This document shows, piece after piece, positions 16,221 to 26,870 of a stretch of 64,000 nt of DNA. The DNA comes from Candidatus Poribacteria bacterium (lineage in GTDB: Bacteria; Poribacteria; WGA-4E; WGA-3G). The stretch's first letter is position 1; every line of letters starts with the position of its first letter. Where the stretch lies: assembly GCA_965197475.1 (NCBI GenBank), contig CBDANF010000002.1, forward strand, positions 960,001-1,024,000. The letters run 5' to 3'. The notes beneath the pieces are model-generated. The model was given only the letters and a program-made list of their open reading frames with translations. It ran no database searches and was not told the origin of the DNA. The position numbers and the translations under genes were made by a program.

Positions 16221-16802
16221 CTAATAGTAAACCTCAAAACGATTCTTTACGGAAGTTGCGGGAATGTTGCCGTGGGCAAGAATCTCGGCATCCCGTAATG
16301 CTCTCACAAGTGTTTCTAATTCAATTGTTAAGTTCGGTGGACGCGGGGTGCCTTCACTTGAAGGCGGCTGCACCGAGTGCTGTTCCAGAAAATGTCCCAT
16401 ATTTCTCGGATCAACGATGCCTATCAAGAAATCAGGCAATCCATCGTGTTGGTAGGAAGGTCCCGGGCTGGTCGGGGACGGTAACGTCTGTGCAACTTCT
16501 TTGACTGGATCTAGGAGTTTTAAATCGGGCGGCAGCTGTTCCTGAATTTCAATTTCATGCACGTATGCAGGCTCGCTTGCGGTAGGAACCCTCGTGCTAC
16601 TTGACATAGCGTAACGCCAAGCGACTGCGTATGAATGGGTGATAGAAATGAAAGGACTGTTAACAGTGCTTCGCGCAATATGAAGCATCAATCGAGTTAT
16701 CGTGGATGTCATTTCGGGTGCTCTGGCAGTAAAACCGCGTTCTGTTGGGTCGTTGAGGTGCCAATAGGTACCAATGCCTGATCCGCGATAGAATATCGCC
16801 AT
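16221..16802 (-). CDS. Putative R-S-E class ADP-ribosyltransferase domain protein
   Basis: FYRG (catalytic R), GF, H...SPFISIT (S motif), VAWRYA, YVHEI and DAEILAHGNIP (catalytic E) appear in the order seen in enterotoxin/pierisin-type ARTs. Confidence 0.6.
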   Translation of the reverse strand: MAIFYRGSGIGTYWHLNDPTERGFTARAPEMTSTITRLMLHIARSTVNSPFISITHSYAVAWRYAMSSSTRVPTASEPAYVHEIEIQEQLPPDLKLLDPVKEVAQTLPSPTSPGPSYQHDGLPDFLIGIVDPRNMGHFLEQHSVQPPSSEGTPRPPNLTIELETLVRALRDAEILAHGNIPATSVKNRFEVYY

Positions 16803-17011
16803 AAAATCTGTTGCTCCGTTCCCATTTTCCAACATGAATATATAAGTTTAACATTAATTTTAGTTCTGTGTCAAGTGGATTCTGCAGGTTCCAGGGCGAT
16901 TTAGTTTTCAGTTTTCTTTATATTTTTTCACAGATATAAACATTTTGCAGCTAGGAAAGAAGTAAGAACCGAGTTTTAAGAAAAACTCGGTTTCTAAGGT
17001 AACGGGCTAAC

Positions 17012-17434
17012 TTATTCTTGCGCGTGTTCGGCAAAGATATCCCAGGTGATTCCAAATTTGTCGGTACATTTACCGTAGTAGGAACCCCAGAACACGCAGC
17101 CCATCGGCATTACGATTTTGCCACCATCTGATAGTTTGTCGAAGACCTCGTCTGCGTGCAGTTTGCTGTCCGCCCCGAAGCAGAGCGAGAAGTTGTTGCC
17201 AGCGACACGCGGTGGACCGAACGATGAACAGGTATCGCTGCCCATCAGAACACTGGATCCGATCGGAAGGGAGACGTGCATGATACGATCAAGATCTTCC
17301 TCCGCAATGCCCATTTCTTTTGGACCCTCACGGAATGTTGAAATGTTCATGAACTCACCACCAAAAATGGAACGGTAGAATTCAAACGCTTCGCGGCAAT
17401 TATCGTTGAAAGTTAAGTACGGATTAAGTGCCAT
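17012..17434 (-). CDS. VOC/PhnB family protein
   Basis: LNPYLTF...REAFEFY..IFGG, IMHVSL, LMGSD, FWGSYYGKCTDKFGITW. Confidence 0.9.
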   Translation of the reverse strand: MALNPYLTFNDNCREAFEFYRSIFGGEFMNISTFREGPKEMGIAEEDLDRIMHVSLPIGSSVLMGSDTCSSFGPPRVAGNNFSLCFGADSKLHADEVFDKLSDGGKIVMPMGCVFWGSYYGKCTDKFGITWDIFAEHAQE

Positions 17435-17757
17435 AAATTCCTCCTAAAAATGTGAATGTAATAATTATTCCAGGTAGTTAAACCTATTCATGCATAACAC
17501 GTTTAGGAGGTTATTTTGGTTTCAATTTGAATCGGATGTAAACTTTTGTATGAAGATTAAAAAATAATTCGGTAATTTTCTATCAATGCTCGGTGCGGTT
17601 AGGAAACCGCACCTACCGGGTTGGGGACCCTAAATTGACACCTATGGGTAGAGCTTGCGAAACCCAACATTGTCTGAACCATTTTCCCCTTGCAATCACA
17701 CACCGAATCACATATAATTGCCATTGTATCAAACATCAGCAAGCACAAAAGGACACC

Positions 17758-20700
17758 ATGCCATCTCTCAACATCAAACCTACGCACAAACCGATCAAAA
17801 CATACTACGCGGAACTGGAAAAATATGCGCAACTCGGTGCAGAAAACGAGGGCAGTGTCCGAGCCGCATTCCAAAACCTACTACAGCACTATTGCGGACA
17901 ATCCAACCTCACGCTCCTCTGCGAAAAGACGATCCACACCACAGACAATAGACGCATAACTCCCGATGGCGAAATCGTGGACGTTTACGGTTTACCACAC
18001 GGCTATTGGGAAGCAAAAGATACACAGGACGACCTACATAGCGAGGCGGACAAGAAGTTTGCGGCAGGCTACCCCTCCAAAAACATCGTGTTTCAATCGC
18101 CGACACACGCGCTCCTCTATCAAAACGGGCAGATGAGTCTTGACTTAGACATCACCGATGCAAAAAACCTTGTCCAAGTGCTACAAACCTTCTTTGCGTA
18201 CCAGGAGGAGAACATCTCGGCATGGCATGAGGCTGTTGCGGAATTCAGAGAGATTGTCCCCGAACTCGGTGAAAAATTGGCAGCGTTAATTGAAACTGAA
18301 CGTCAGAACAATCCACATTTTCATGAGGCGTTCTCCAAGTTTCATCAGCAGTGCCAAACCTCAATCAACCCGAACCTTTCCATCGCAGCAGTTGAGGAGA
18401 TGCTTATTCAGCATCTGTTAACCGAACGGATTTTCGCTACCATTTTTGATAATCGTGACTTCACCCGTAGAAATATCATTGCACGCGAGATTGAAACCGT
18501 CATTGATGTGCTGACCGAACGGACGTTGAACCGCTCCGAATTTCTCCGTCCTTTGAACCCGTTCTATGTGGCAATAGAGAAAACTGCCCGCACGATTACT
18601 GACTTTTCACAGAAACAGGGATTTTTGAATGCCGTTTATGAGCAGTTTTTTCAAGGCTTTTCCATCAAGGTAGCAGATACGCACGGCATCGTCTATACAC
18701 CGCAACCGATAGTAGATTTTATGGTGAAAAGCGTTGAACATATCTTGCAGACAACGTTTGGTCGTTCCTTGTCCGATAGTGGTGTGCATATCATTGACCC
18801 GTTTGTCGGCACAGGCAACTTCATTGTCCGTATTATGCAGGAACTTGACCCGATCGCTTTAGAACGAAAATACACAGCTGACCCACCAGAACTGCAATGC
18901 AATGAGGTGATGCTCCTACCATACTATATTGCCAGTCTGAACATAGAACATCAGTTTTTCACGACAACGAACCGATATGCCGCTTTTGAAGGTATCTGCC
19001 TCGTGGATACGTTTGAGATAGCAGAGGAACGGCAGATGTCGTTATTTGTGCCTGCCAATGCAGAACGCGTTGAAAAGCAGAAGCAGACACCGATGTTCGT
19101 AGTTATCGGCAATCCGCCCTACAATATGGGACAGGTGAATGAGAACGACAACAACAAAAATCGCAAATACGAGACCATGGATAAGAAGATTAAGGACACG
19201 TATGCGAAAGACTCTAAAGCAACGAACGTAAATAAACTCTACGATCCTTACGTCAAAGCGATTCGGTGGAGTTTGGAGAGAATTGGTGAGGAGGGAATTG
19301 TCGCTTTTATTACGAACAACAGTTTTCTTGATAGCATTGCGTTTGATGGTATGCGGAAACACCTTGCAGCAGATTGCGATGCAATTTACGTTCTGGATTT
19401 AGGTGGTAATGCACGGCGGGGATTGAAGGTCTCCGATGCCAATGTGTTCGGGATTCGTGTCGGGGTGAGCATCAATCTATTTGTAAAGAAAAAGGGAGAT
19501 TCATCAGAAAGACCGCAACTCTTTTACTATCGCACTGATGACCTGTGGAACAGAAAACGGAAGTTTGACTTTCTGAATGAAAGTCAACATGCAGGTGGTA
19601 TTGAATGGCAACCGATTCAACCGGATGCGCGGCGGACATGGCTCACCGAAGGACTCCACACTGAATTTGATACTTTTATGCCAATGGGGACCAAAGAAGC
19701 AAAGGCAGCAAAAAGTGATGTGGTGAACGTAATTTTCAAAACCTATGGTATTGGTGTTAACACGAACCGTGATGCATGGGTTTATAACTTCAACCGAGAT
19801 GTTCTTGCCCAGAAAATGATCCTTACGATTGAAACCTATAACTCGGAAATTAATCGATGGGAACGACGCACTGAACGGAATGCAAACATTGACGATTTTG
19901 TGTTGTCTGACGAGAAAAAAATAAAATGGAGTCGTAACTTAAAACAGGAATTGAAACGAAACAAAATCGCTGAATACGCTGAACAAAAACTGAGAAATTC
20001 ACTCTACCGTCCTTTCACAAAATCCTACCTATTTTTTGATTCCATTATGAATAATGAAGTTTCGCACATTTCTACTACTTTTCCCACACCTGAAACTGAT
20101 AAAGAGAATCGCGTGATTTGTGTCAACGGTATAGGAAATACCAAGCCTTTTCATACTTTGATGGTTGATGTGATACCTGATCTCCATCTTACAGGCGATT
20201 CTCAGTGCTTCCCCTTCTACACCTACGACGAAGATGGCGCAAATCGCCGCGAAAACATCACCGATTGGGCATTGGCACAGTTCCGCACACACTACAAAGA
20301 CGACTCCATCACCAAGTGGGACATCTTCCACTATAACTATGGCATCCTGCATTATCCTGCGTATCGTGAAAAGTATCAGGCGAACCTCAAACGCGATCTG
20401 CCGCATATCCCAACCCCCCTCGCCCCCCTTGACAGAGGGGTTGCTGCAGATTTTTGGGGATTTGCCAACGCAGGTGCGCGGTTGGCAGAAATCCATGTCA
20501 ACTACGAATCGCAACCCGAATACGATAAACTGAAGTTAGTGCAGAACCCAAACGTCCCGCTCAATTGGCGCGTTGAAAAGATGAAACTCGCCAAAGACAA
20601 AACCTCGCTTGTCTACAACGATTTCCTAACGCTTGACAGCATCCCTGCAAAAGCGTTTGATTATCGGCTCGGTACCCGTTCCGCGTTGGAATGGTTAATC

Positions 20701-20856
20701 AATCAGTATTGTGTCAAAACGGACAAGCGGAGTGGCATCGTCAACGACCCGAATCGTGTGGATGATCCGCAGTATATTGTGCGGTTGATTGGGCAGGTGA
20801 TTTCGGTTAGCTTGGCTACGGTGGATATTGTTGAGAATTTACCTGCGTTACGGTAG
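17758..20856 (+). CDS. Single-polypeptide restriction-modification enzyme (type IIG / ISP-like without helicase): nuclease, N6-adenine MTase and LlaBIII-like specificity domain
   Basis: PDG...WEAKD nuclease motif, GIVYTPQPIVDF, DPFVGTGNF, GNPPY, YRPFTK and SGIVNDPN. The real start is probably MPSLNIK at 17758. Confidence 0.88.
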   Translation: MPSLNIKPTHKPIKTYYAELEKYAQLGAENEGSVRAAFQNLLQHYCGQSNLTLLCEKTIHTTDNRRITPDGEIVDVYGLPHGYWEAKDTQDDLHSEADKKFAAGYPSKNIVFQSPTHALLYQNGQMSLDLDITDAKNLVQVLQTFFAYQEENISAWHEAVAEFREIVPELGEKLAALIETERQNNPHFHEAFSKFHQQCQTSINPNLSIAAVEEMLIQHLLTERIFATIFDNRDFTRRNIIAREIETVIDVLTERTLNRSEFLRPLNPFYVAIEKTARTITDFSQKQGFLNAVYEQFFQGFSIKVADTHGIVYTPQPIVDFMVKSVEHILQTTFGRSLSDSGVHIIDPFVGTGNFIVRIMQELDPIALERKYTADPPELQCNEVMLLPYYIASLNIEHQFFTTTNRYAAFEGICLVDTFEIAEERQMSLFVPANAERVEKQKQTPMFVVIGNPPYNMGQVNENDNNKNRKYETMDKKIKDTYAKDSKATNVNKLYDPYVKAIRWSLERIGEEGIVAFITNNSFLDSIAFDGMRKHLAADCDAIYVLDLGGNARRGLKVSDANVFGIRVGVSINLFVKKKGDSSERPQLFYYRTDDLWNRKRKFDFLNESQHAGGIEWQPIQPDARRTWLTEGLHTEFDTFMPMGTKEAKAAKSDVVNVIFKTYGIGVNTNRDAWVYNFNRDVLAQKMILTIETYNSEINRWERRTERNANIDDFVLSDEKKIKWSRNLKQELKRNKIAEYAEQKLRNSLYRPFTKSYLFFDSIMNNEVSHISTTFPTPETDKENRVICVNGIGNTKPFHTLMVDVIPDLHLTGDSQCFPFYTYDEDGANRRENITDWALAQFRTHYKDDSITKWDIFHYNYGILHYPAYREKYQANLKRDLPHIPTPLAPLDRGVAADFWGFANAGARLAEIHVNYESQPEYDKLKLVQNPNVPLNWRVEKMKLAKDKTSLVYNDFLTLDSIPAKAFDYRLGTRSALEWLINQYCVKTDKRSGIVNDPNRVDDPQYIVRLIGQVISVSLATVDIVENLPALR

Positions 20857-21019
20857 TAGGCACACTCCGTGTGCCGTAAACAAAAAAACACGTCCTTTGT
20901 AGGGCGTTTTGTAAGCATACTCTTCGCGGCTTTTGACATATTAATTTACTCACGATTAGCGATTGTGTTGAGGTGAAATATTTATAATCCTAAATGCTAC
21001 AGAATAACTTGATTTCACC

Positions 21020-21048
21020 TTGACTTTTATTGCTATATATGCTATAAT
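21020..21048 (+). promoter_or_regulatory. sigma70 promoter for the SMEK-NTPase gene
   Basis: TTGACT-N17-TATAAT with extended -10 TG. Confidence 0.7.
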
Positions 21049-21156
21049 CTAATTAACGGTTTAATGTGGTGTTAAGATAGAATTCAATACAGAAATTCTT
21101 GTTTTGTCTTAATCCGACAAAACTTTTGAATTTGTTAAACATGAGGTGTTAATCCA

Positions 21157-24100
21157 ATGAATATGCAGAAGTCTCAAGAAAAAATTGAAGAATTGATGGC
21201 GTTGTTTCTATTTCGGGTTAAAAGTGCAAATGCAATGGGTAAGACAGACATCAATCGGATAGCTGAAACTGTGTTAATTCCACTGTTTTCAGAGATCTAT
21301 GGACATGAAGATTTGAGAAATTTAAATACATCTGAGAACCCTAATTTTCCTGCGATTGACTTGGGAGACAAAAAAACAAGAACTGCCTATCAAATCACAT
21401 CAGATCCTAGTTCCCAAAAAATTAAAGAAACTTTAACTAAATTCGTTGAACATGGACTGCACAATGAATATAATCATCTCATCGTCTATATTTTAACAGA
21501 AAAACAACAATCATATCGTGCAAAATTTGACGACATAATAAAAGGTAAATTTAGTTTTAACGCGAAAAATGACATAAGAGATTTTAAAGACTTGCTCAAA
21601 GAAATCTCAAGCTTTTCTATAGAGAAGTTGCAAAAGATAGAAGAGTTACTTGAGCAACAATTTGGTGAAGAAAAAGATGATCCTCAAGATATAGTGGATT
21701 GGATAGAATCTGTCAACAACTATTGGAGAGGTGAAGAAAGTTCAAGCAAGATTAAAATTGATCGTGAGATAGTACGTAATGACTTGTATGACTTTGCATC
21801 GCAAGACAACGGAATAGTTATCGGAAGTCCGGGGGTTGGAAAAACTTATTTACTCAAAGAACTTCTTCGTCATCTCAAATCAGAAGATATACCTCATTTA
21901 TTACTACCCATTGACCTGCTCGGTGACAGCAATCCCAAAGAGTGGCCGGATGGTTTTTCTTTTCAAGGTAATTTAATAGATGCTCTCAAGTCCGTCCCTA
22001 TTTCCGAGAAGAAAGGTATTATAGTTTTTGATGGATTTGATGCCGCAAGAGACGACAAAAAACGCAAAAACTTTTTGATTCTCATTCAACAGGCAATTCA
22101 GGAACTCGACAATTGGAATGTAATAGTAACGGTTCGGACTTATGACGCAAAAAAATCGAAGGAACTTTTAGCCTTGTTTAAAGGTCCTAATGAATCTGAT
22201 CAAACAAAATACCAGATTGAAAAGATTTTGTGTCGACATTTTAGTATTGCACCTTTCAGTCAGGACGAGATTTTGCATGCCTTAAATCAGATTGGATACC
22301 CCGAAACGATCTACTTAGAGGGTTCTGATGAATTTAAGTCTATCTTATCAAATCCTTTCAATATCTGGGTATTGGAGAACATCCTTAAGTTCTCATCACA
22401 TGAAGATATTAGAACTCTTAGCAAAATTCGTTCAGAAGTACAGCTGCTTGATCGGTTTTGGGAACAACGAATTGAGAATGAAAACAGTGAACGTGTTTTA
22501 CGACGTATCTCAAGTAAAATGGTAGAGAATCGTTCATTGATTGTGAAAATAGATGACATTTATGACAATGTGGACCTTGACAATCCAGAGAGGAGAATCG
22601 CTTGGGATAAGCTTCAGAGTGATGAAATCTTATCAAAGACATCTTCTACTAGACAACAACTTGCTTTTTCTCACAACATCCTTTTTGACTACGCCATTAG
22701 TGTCCTGCATATTGAAGACGATCCCAAAGAACTTGAAGCATTTTTGGAAATAGATCAGGCACGCGCTCTTTTTCTTCGTCCAAGTCTTACTTATTTTTTC
22801 ACTCGTCTCTGGTACTATAAACCAGATAGTTTCTGGCAAGCTTTCTGGCATATTTTACCAAAGGATCAATCCGTGCATTTACGTCTTGTCGCACGCTTAA
22901 TTCCACCAAGTGTTATCGCAAATGAAGCCCGTAAGGTTAAAGAACTGAAACCGCTTTTTGAGAAACTATCCAATCCTGATGATCTCATAAACAACGCAAT
23001 AATGTGGCTTCTACAATCCTTACGAACGCTTCAATCTGAGCATGACTCGCTCTGGATTGATTTTTTTGATCGGGTTTCGGAGCATTTGAATGTTAACTTT
23101 GCTATGGATTTAGCAACTCTTACTTCGGGAATACTTGACCGTGCTATTGAGACCGATAAGTCAGATATAATAAATACTTGTGGACGCATAGGGCGTCGAC
23201 TCCTTGAATGGGTTTGGCAAGAAAAAGAAACGAAGGCCGACGACTGGTATAACCGCCTCGGTGGTTATTGGGCAGTACCACTTGTTTCCAAAACATTTCA
23301 CACCAATGTTGAAGAATCTCGCGTACTTCTTGAAAAAGTTCTTAAACTTATGAATGAGGACAATTTTCCGATAGGCTTTTTGTCGCGGTTGTCTGAACAT
23401 ATAGACAAAATTTGGGATCATGATCCAGAATTTGCAATCTTAATATATCGTACTGTTTTTTCACACCAATTTACCAGTGAAGGAGAGACACAACGCGGTA
23501 CCCCTATTTTATCTATAACTACCTATCGGAGCCAAGATTTCAGTATGTGTCAATATCGTTTGGTAAAGCATTTCCACCAATTTCTGCAAGAAAATCCCAA
23601 ACCTGCAACACAAGCAGCAATCCAAAGTTTAAACTGCTTTATTGCTAAAGAACATGTTTTCCAGTTTTCCAGAAAAGATATGACAATTGAAGAATTAAAT
23701 GAACCGTTCGATATTCATGGAAAAACTGCAAATTTTGTACAAGACCATAGTTATATTTGGGACGCCCGAAGTTCTTCCGATGAACCAATTGAAATGGTGG
23801 ATTCTCTGTTTGAATACATTGCAGAATTGGCAGAGGATAAAGAAAAACATCCACTGCTCGATTCACTACTTGATGTATTTATTGATCATGTGGTGTTCGC
23901 TTTCTTCTGGAAAAGATTATTGAAAACTGCATCAAAGTTTCCTAAGGTTTTTGCACCACGTCTGTTTGAATTATGTATAGCGAAACCGATACTACTATAT
24001 CTTGAAGTTTCTTATGAACTTGGTCTGTTCTTAGAAAATGCTGCGTCTGAATTTTTATCTGACAACAAACTTCGCCAAATAGAAGAAAGTATCTTAGCAC

Positions 24101-25821
24101 TCCCTACTGAAGTTAAGGACCAGGAAAATGACGACTATCTTATAATGCATAGAAATAGTCTTCTTGCACGTATACCTAAGGAATTACTATCTACAGAAAA
24201 AGCGAAGTTAATTAGAGAAGAAATGGAGCATGAAAATAATGTTCCAGAGAATCGTCCACCAGTATCCTTTAACATATGGTCAGAATCTTACACAGAGGAA
24301 AAGTGGCTTAGAGATAAAGGTGTTGATACGACTACTCCTGAAAATGAGAAATTACAAGAATTTTCTCAAATTCTTGAACAATTCTGCAAGGATTGGAAAA
24401 AGGATGGTCCTACTTCGGAAGCCGCTAAATTGGTTTTGCCTCAATTGCAAATGGTTTACACTACTGTAACGAAAAACACAGCAGCAGATAATGAGATTGT
24501 CAATATACTCTGGCGTAAGCTAGTTGAGTGTGCAGCAATTCTCGCTGGAATTTCTGACAGTCTTGACAGTGATTCTTTTACATTTTGTCGTCAAGTAATC
24601 TTAGAAGGTGCAAAACATGAACTTCCCTTGCCTGACCCTCAATATGACGCTCAATATGATTCTACAGGATATTCACCATTTCCAAGACATGAAGCTGCGA
24701 AAGGGTTATCATTGCTTGCATATCACAAACCTGATACTGAAATATTAGATGCAATTGAAAAACTTGCTGACGATCCTGTTCCATCTGTCCGTATGTTAAC
24801 AGCAATGCAATTGACAAATGTGTATGCTAAAAATCCTGATAGATACTGGAAAATTATATATAAACGGTCAGAATTTGAGAGAAATCTTGTTGTTCAAGAA
24901 TGTCTCTATAGGACATTGAAACGTCTCGTAGCACATAATAAAGAGAATGAAAACAAGACAACGACCGTTATGGCTAAGTTACTTAACCATACGCCCTGTC
25001 CTGAATTAAAAATAGGAACATCAGACCCATTTATTAATTTGTTGATGTGGTTAGTGATAGAACGTGAAAATTCATGGGCAATAGACTTTATCAAAGATAC
25101 ATACTCCGATGATCCTATCCAACATTCAAGTTTGTTAACACGGATTGTTAGGCGGACAATGGAAAATTATGTGATTTCAGAGCAACTTGAATCTGATGGC
25201 GATCGTGAAATAGTTAAACGTGCAATTAATTGTGTTAGTGAAGTAATCACTGTTAGTTCAAAAAAGATTAAAGAACTATGTCTCAGCATAAATGAAAATA
25301 CAACTGAGGAAAAGCAGCAAAAATTACAGAATACTTACAGAGTGATTGATCAAGTGATATCAAGTCTTTACTATTCATTTGCACATGAGAAAGGGAAATC
25401 TGAAAATCAGACAGAGATAATCTCCAAGGAGATACGATGTCATTTTTATGAAGAAGTTAAACCTCTGATGCAACAAGTAATTGATTTCGCAGATGACTCT
25501 GAAACAGGTATCATGTTTGCTTCAACTGCACATGATTTCATTCAAGTTCTAACAAGTTTTCTTATCTGTAATCCAAAAGAAGTAATTCATTTTGTTGAAC
25601 TAGTTGCAAAGTCAAGCGAACGTTTCGGTTATAATCTTGATTCCATAGCGGTTAAAGATATCGTTGATTTCGTCGAAATTGTTCTTGCTGACTATAGGCA
25701 TGAAGTGCGAGATGACGAGGAAAGTTTGGAACATCTACTGAACTTATTAGATCTGTTCGCTAAAACAGGTTGGTCGGATGCACTTAACCTCGTTTGGCGA
25801 CTTGATGAGGTATTTCGGTAG
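21157..25821 (+). CDS. SMEK-domain STAND NTPase, Avs/AVAST-like antiphage protein
   Basis: N-terminal DINRIAE...LRNLN...NFPAIDLGD...YQITS (SMEK-like), Walker A GSPGVGKT, Walker B IIVFDGFD, FSHNILFDY, and a long helical C-terminal region ending LDLFAKTGW..AL.LVWRLDEVFR. Confidence 0.75.
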   Translation: MNMQKSQEKIEELMALFLFRVKSANAMGKTDINRIAETVLIPLFSEIYGHEDLRNLNTSENPNFPAIDLGDKKTRTAYQITSDPSSQKIKETLTKFVEHGLHNEYNHLIVYILTEKQQSYRAKFDDIIKGKFSFNAKNDIRDFKDLLKEISSFSIEKLQKIEELLEQQFGEEKDDPQDIVDWIESVNNYWRGEESSSKIKIDREIVRNDLYDFASQDNGIVIGSPGVGKTYLLKELLRHLKSEDIPHLLLPIDLLGDSNPKEWPDGFSFQGNLIDALKSVPISEKKGIIVFDGFDAARDDKKRKNFLILIQQAIQELDNWNVIVTVRTYDAKKSKELLALFKGPNESDQTKYQIEKILCRHFSIAPFSQDEILHALNQIGYPETIYLEGSDEFKSILSNPFNIWVLENILKFSSHEDIRTLSKIRSEVQLLDRFWEQRIENENSERVLRRISSKMVENRSLIVKIDDIYDNVDLDNPERRIAWDKLQSDEILSKTSSTRQQLAFSHNILFDYAISVLHIEDDPKELEAFLEIDQARALFLRPSLTYFFTRLWYYKPDSFWQAFWHILPKDQSVHLRLVARLIPPSVIANEARKVKELKPLFEKLSNPDDLINNAIMWLLQSLRTLQSEHDSLWIDFFDRVSEHLNVNFAMDLATLTSGILDRAIETDKSDIINTCGRIGRRLLEWVWQEKETKADDWYNRLGGYWAVPLVSKTFHTNVEESRVLLEKVLKLMNEDNFPIGFLSRLSEHIDKIWDHDPEFAILIYRTVFSHQFTSEGETQRGTPILSITTYRSQDFSMCQYRLVKHFHQFLQENPKPATQAAIQSLNCFIAKEHVFQFSRKDMTIEELNEPFDIHGKTANFVQDHSYIWDARSSSDEPIEMVDSLFEYIAELAEDKEKHPLLDSLLDVFIDHVVFAFFWKRLLKTASKFPKVFAPRLFELCIAKPILLYLEVSYELGLFLENAASEFLSDNKLRQIEESILALPTEVKDQENDDYLIMHRNSLLARIPKELLSTEKAKLIREEMEHENNVPENRPPVSFNIWSESYTEEKWLRDKGVDTTTPENEKLQEFSQILEQFCKDWKKDGPTSEAAKLVLPQLQMVYTTVTKNTAADNEIVNILWRKLVECAAILAGISDSLDSDSFTFCRQVILEGAKHELPLPDPQYDAQYDSTGYSPFPRHEAAKGLSLLAYHKPDTEILDAIEKLADDPVPSVRMLTAMQLTNVYAKNPDRYWKIIYKRSEFERNLVVQECLYRTLKRLVAHNKENENKTTTVMAKLLNHTPCPELKIGTSDPFINLLMWLVIERENSWAIDFIKDTYSDDPIQHSSLLTRIVRRTMENYVISEQLESDGDREIVKRAINCVSEVITVSSKKIKELCLSINENTTEEKQQKLQNTYRVIDQVISSLYYSFAHEKGKSENQTEIISKEIRCHFYEEVKPLMQQVIDFADDSETGIMFASTAHDFIQVLTSFLICNPKEVIHFVELVAKSSERFGYNLDSIAVKDIVDFVEIVLADYRHEVRDDEESLEHLLNLLDLFAKTGWSDALNLVWRLDEVFR

Positions 25822-25858
25822 ATTTCTCATAAATATCTGCATTCTGAGGAACAATCAA

Positions 25859-25993
25859 ATGACTGCAGCAGTTATCATCACAGGTTCAATTCTTGGTGTA
25901 ATAGGTATCGGTTTTTCTATTTGGTCCATCATAAACACCAGAAAACGGTATTATGAAGAACATCAGAAACGAAAACACAGTGCAGAAGATTAA
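25859..25993 (+). CDS. 44-aa single-pass membrane microprotein
   Basis: GAGG RBS. MTAAVIITGSILGVIGIGFSIWSII is followed by a basic tail. Confidence 0.5.
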   Translation: MTAAVIITGSILGVIGIGFSIWSIINTRKRYYEEHQKRKHSAED

Positions 25994-26094
25994 GAGTCCT
26001 ATCTTTCTGGCAATCCTGTAAATCAATACCGAATGTAGTATGCGCATTCGGCATTGATTTAGTGTTTTATAGGCTTTACGATAAGGATAAATTT

Positions 26095-26835
26095 ATGGGA
26101 ATTATAGAATGGCTAAATACAAATAATGGCGTGGTTATAGGCATTGCGACTGTTGTGCTTGTGGGCATCACAGGTTATTACGCCTATCTAACGTGGCGGA
26201 TGCTAAAAGCGAATAACACACCTGAAATTGCAGTTTCCCTCCGTCCTCACGAAGCGCACGTTAACCTCGTGATGCTTTGCATAGAGAATATAGGAACGGG
26301 AGCAGCCCATAATCTACAGTTCACAATTAATCCTCCTTCTATACCTAATCTTGACATACCATTTGAGAAAATCGGTTTTCTTCAAAATGGAATTGCCTAT
26401 TTTGAACCTGGTCGGAAGATTGAACAGTTTATCGTGAGTGCAACAAACAAGTTAGATGAACTAAAACAGACACCTTTTGAGGTTACTATTACGTATAGAG
26501 ATTCAGTGAACCATAAACATGAGCTCGCCTTTCATCTTGATTTTGGTGTTAATGAAGGCATGACACAGATTGACAGACCGCCACTTTTCGAGATAGCCAA
26601 GGCTACGAAAGACATGCAAAGGGATATACGCAATATTGCAACAGGTATTTATAAACCCACAATTCTTACGGAGACAGCGTCTGAACATCAACTGAAGCAG
26701 CGTGCCAATGCTCTGGAGACTCGGATAGCGCAACTCCCGAACGAGGTTCAGGAGGAAATATTACAAGAATTAGCTGCTGTTGTCACGAAGCGAGAGCAGG
26801 AAGTACGGGAAAAGAGCAAGATGAGGAAACATTAA
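26095..26835 (+). CDS. Hypothetical protein with N-terminal membrane anchor
   Basis: IATVVLVGITGYYAYLTW helix, ENIGTGAAHNL beta-domain motif and a coiled C terminus. Confidence 0.75.
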   Translation: MGIIEWLNTNNGVVIGIATVVLVGITGYYAYLTWRMLKANNTPEIAVSLRPHEAHVNLVMLCIENIGTGAAHNLQFTINPPSIPNLDIPFEKIGFLQNGIAYFEPGRKIEQFIVSATNKLDELKQTPFEVTITYRDSVNHKHELAFHLDFGVNEGMTQIDRPPLFEIAKATKDMQRDIRNIATGIYKPTILTETASEHQLKQRANALETRIAQLPNEVQEEILQELAAVVTKREQEVREKSKMRKH

Positions 26836-26870
26836 AGGTTGAAGATTTATCATAAAGAGGAGGTGAGAAA

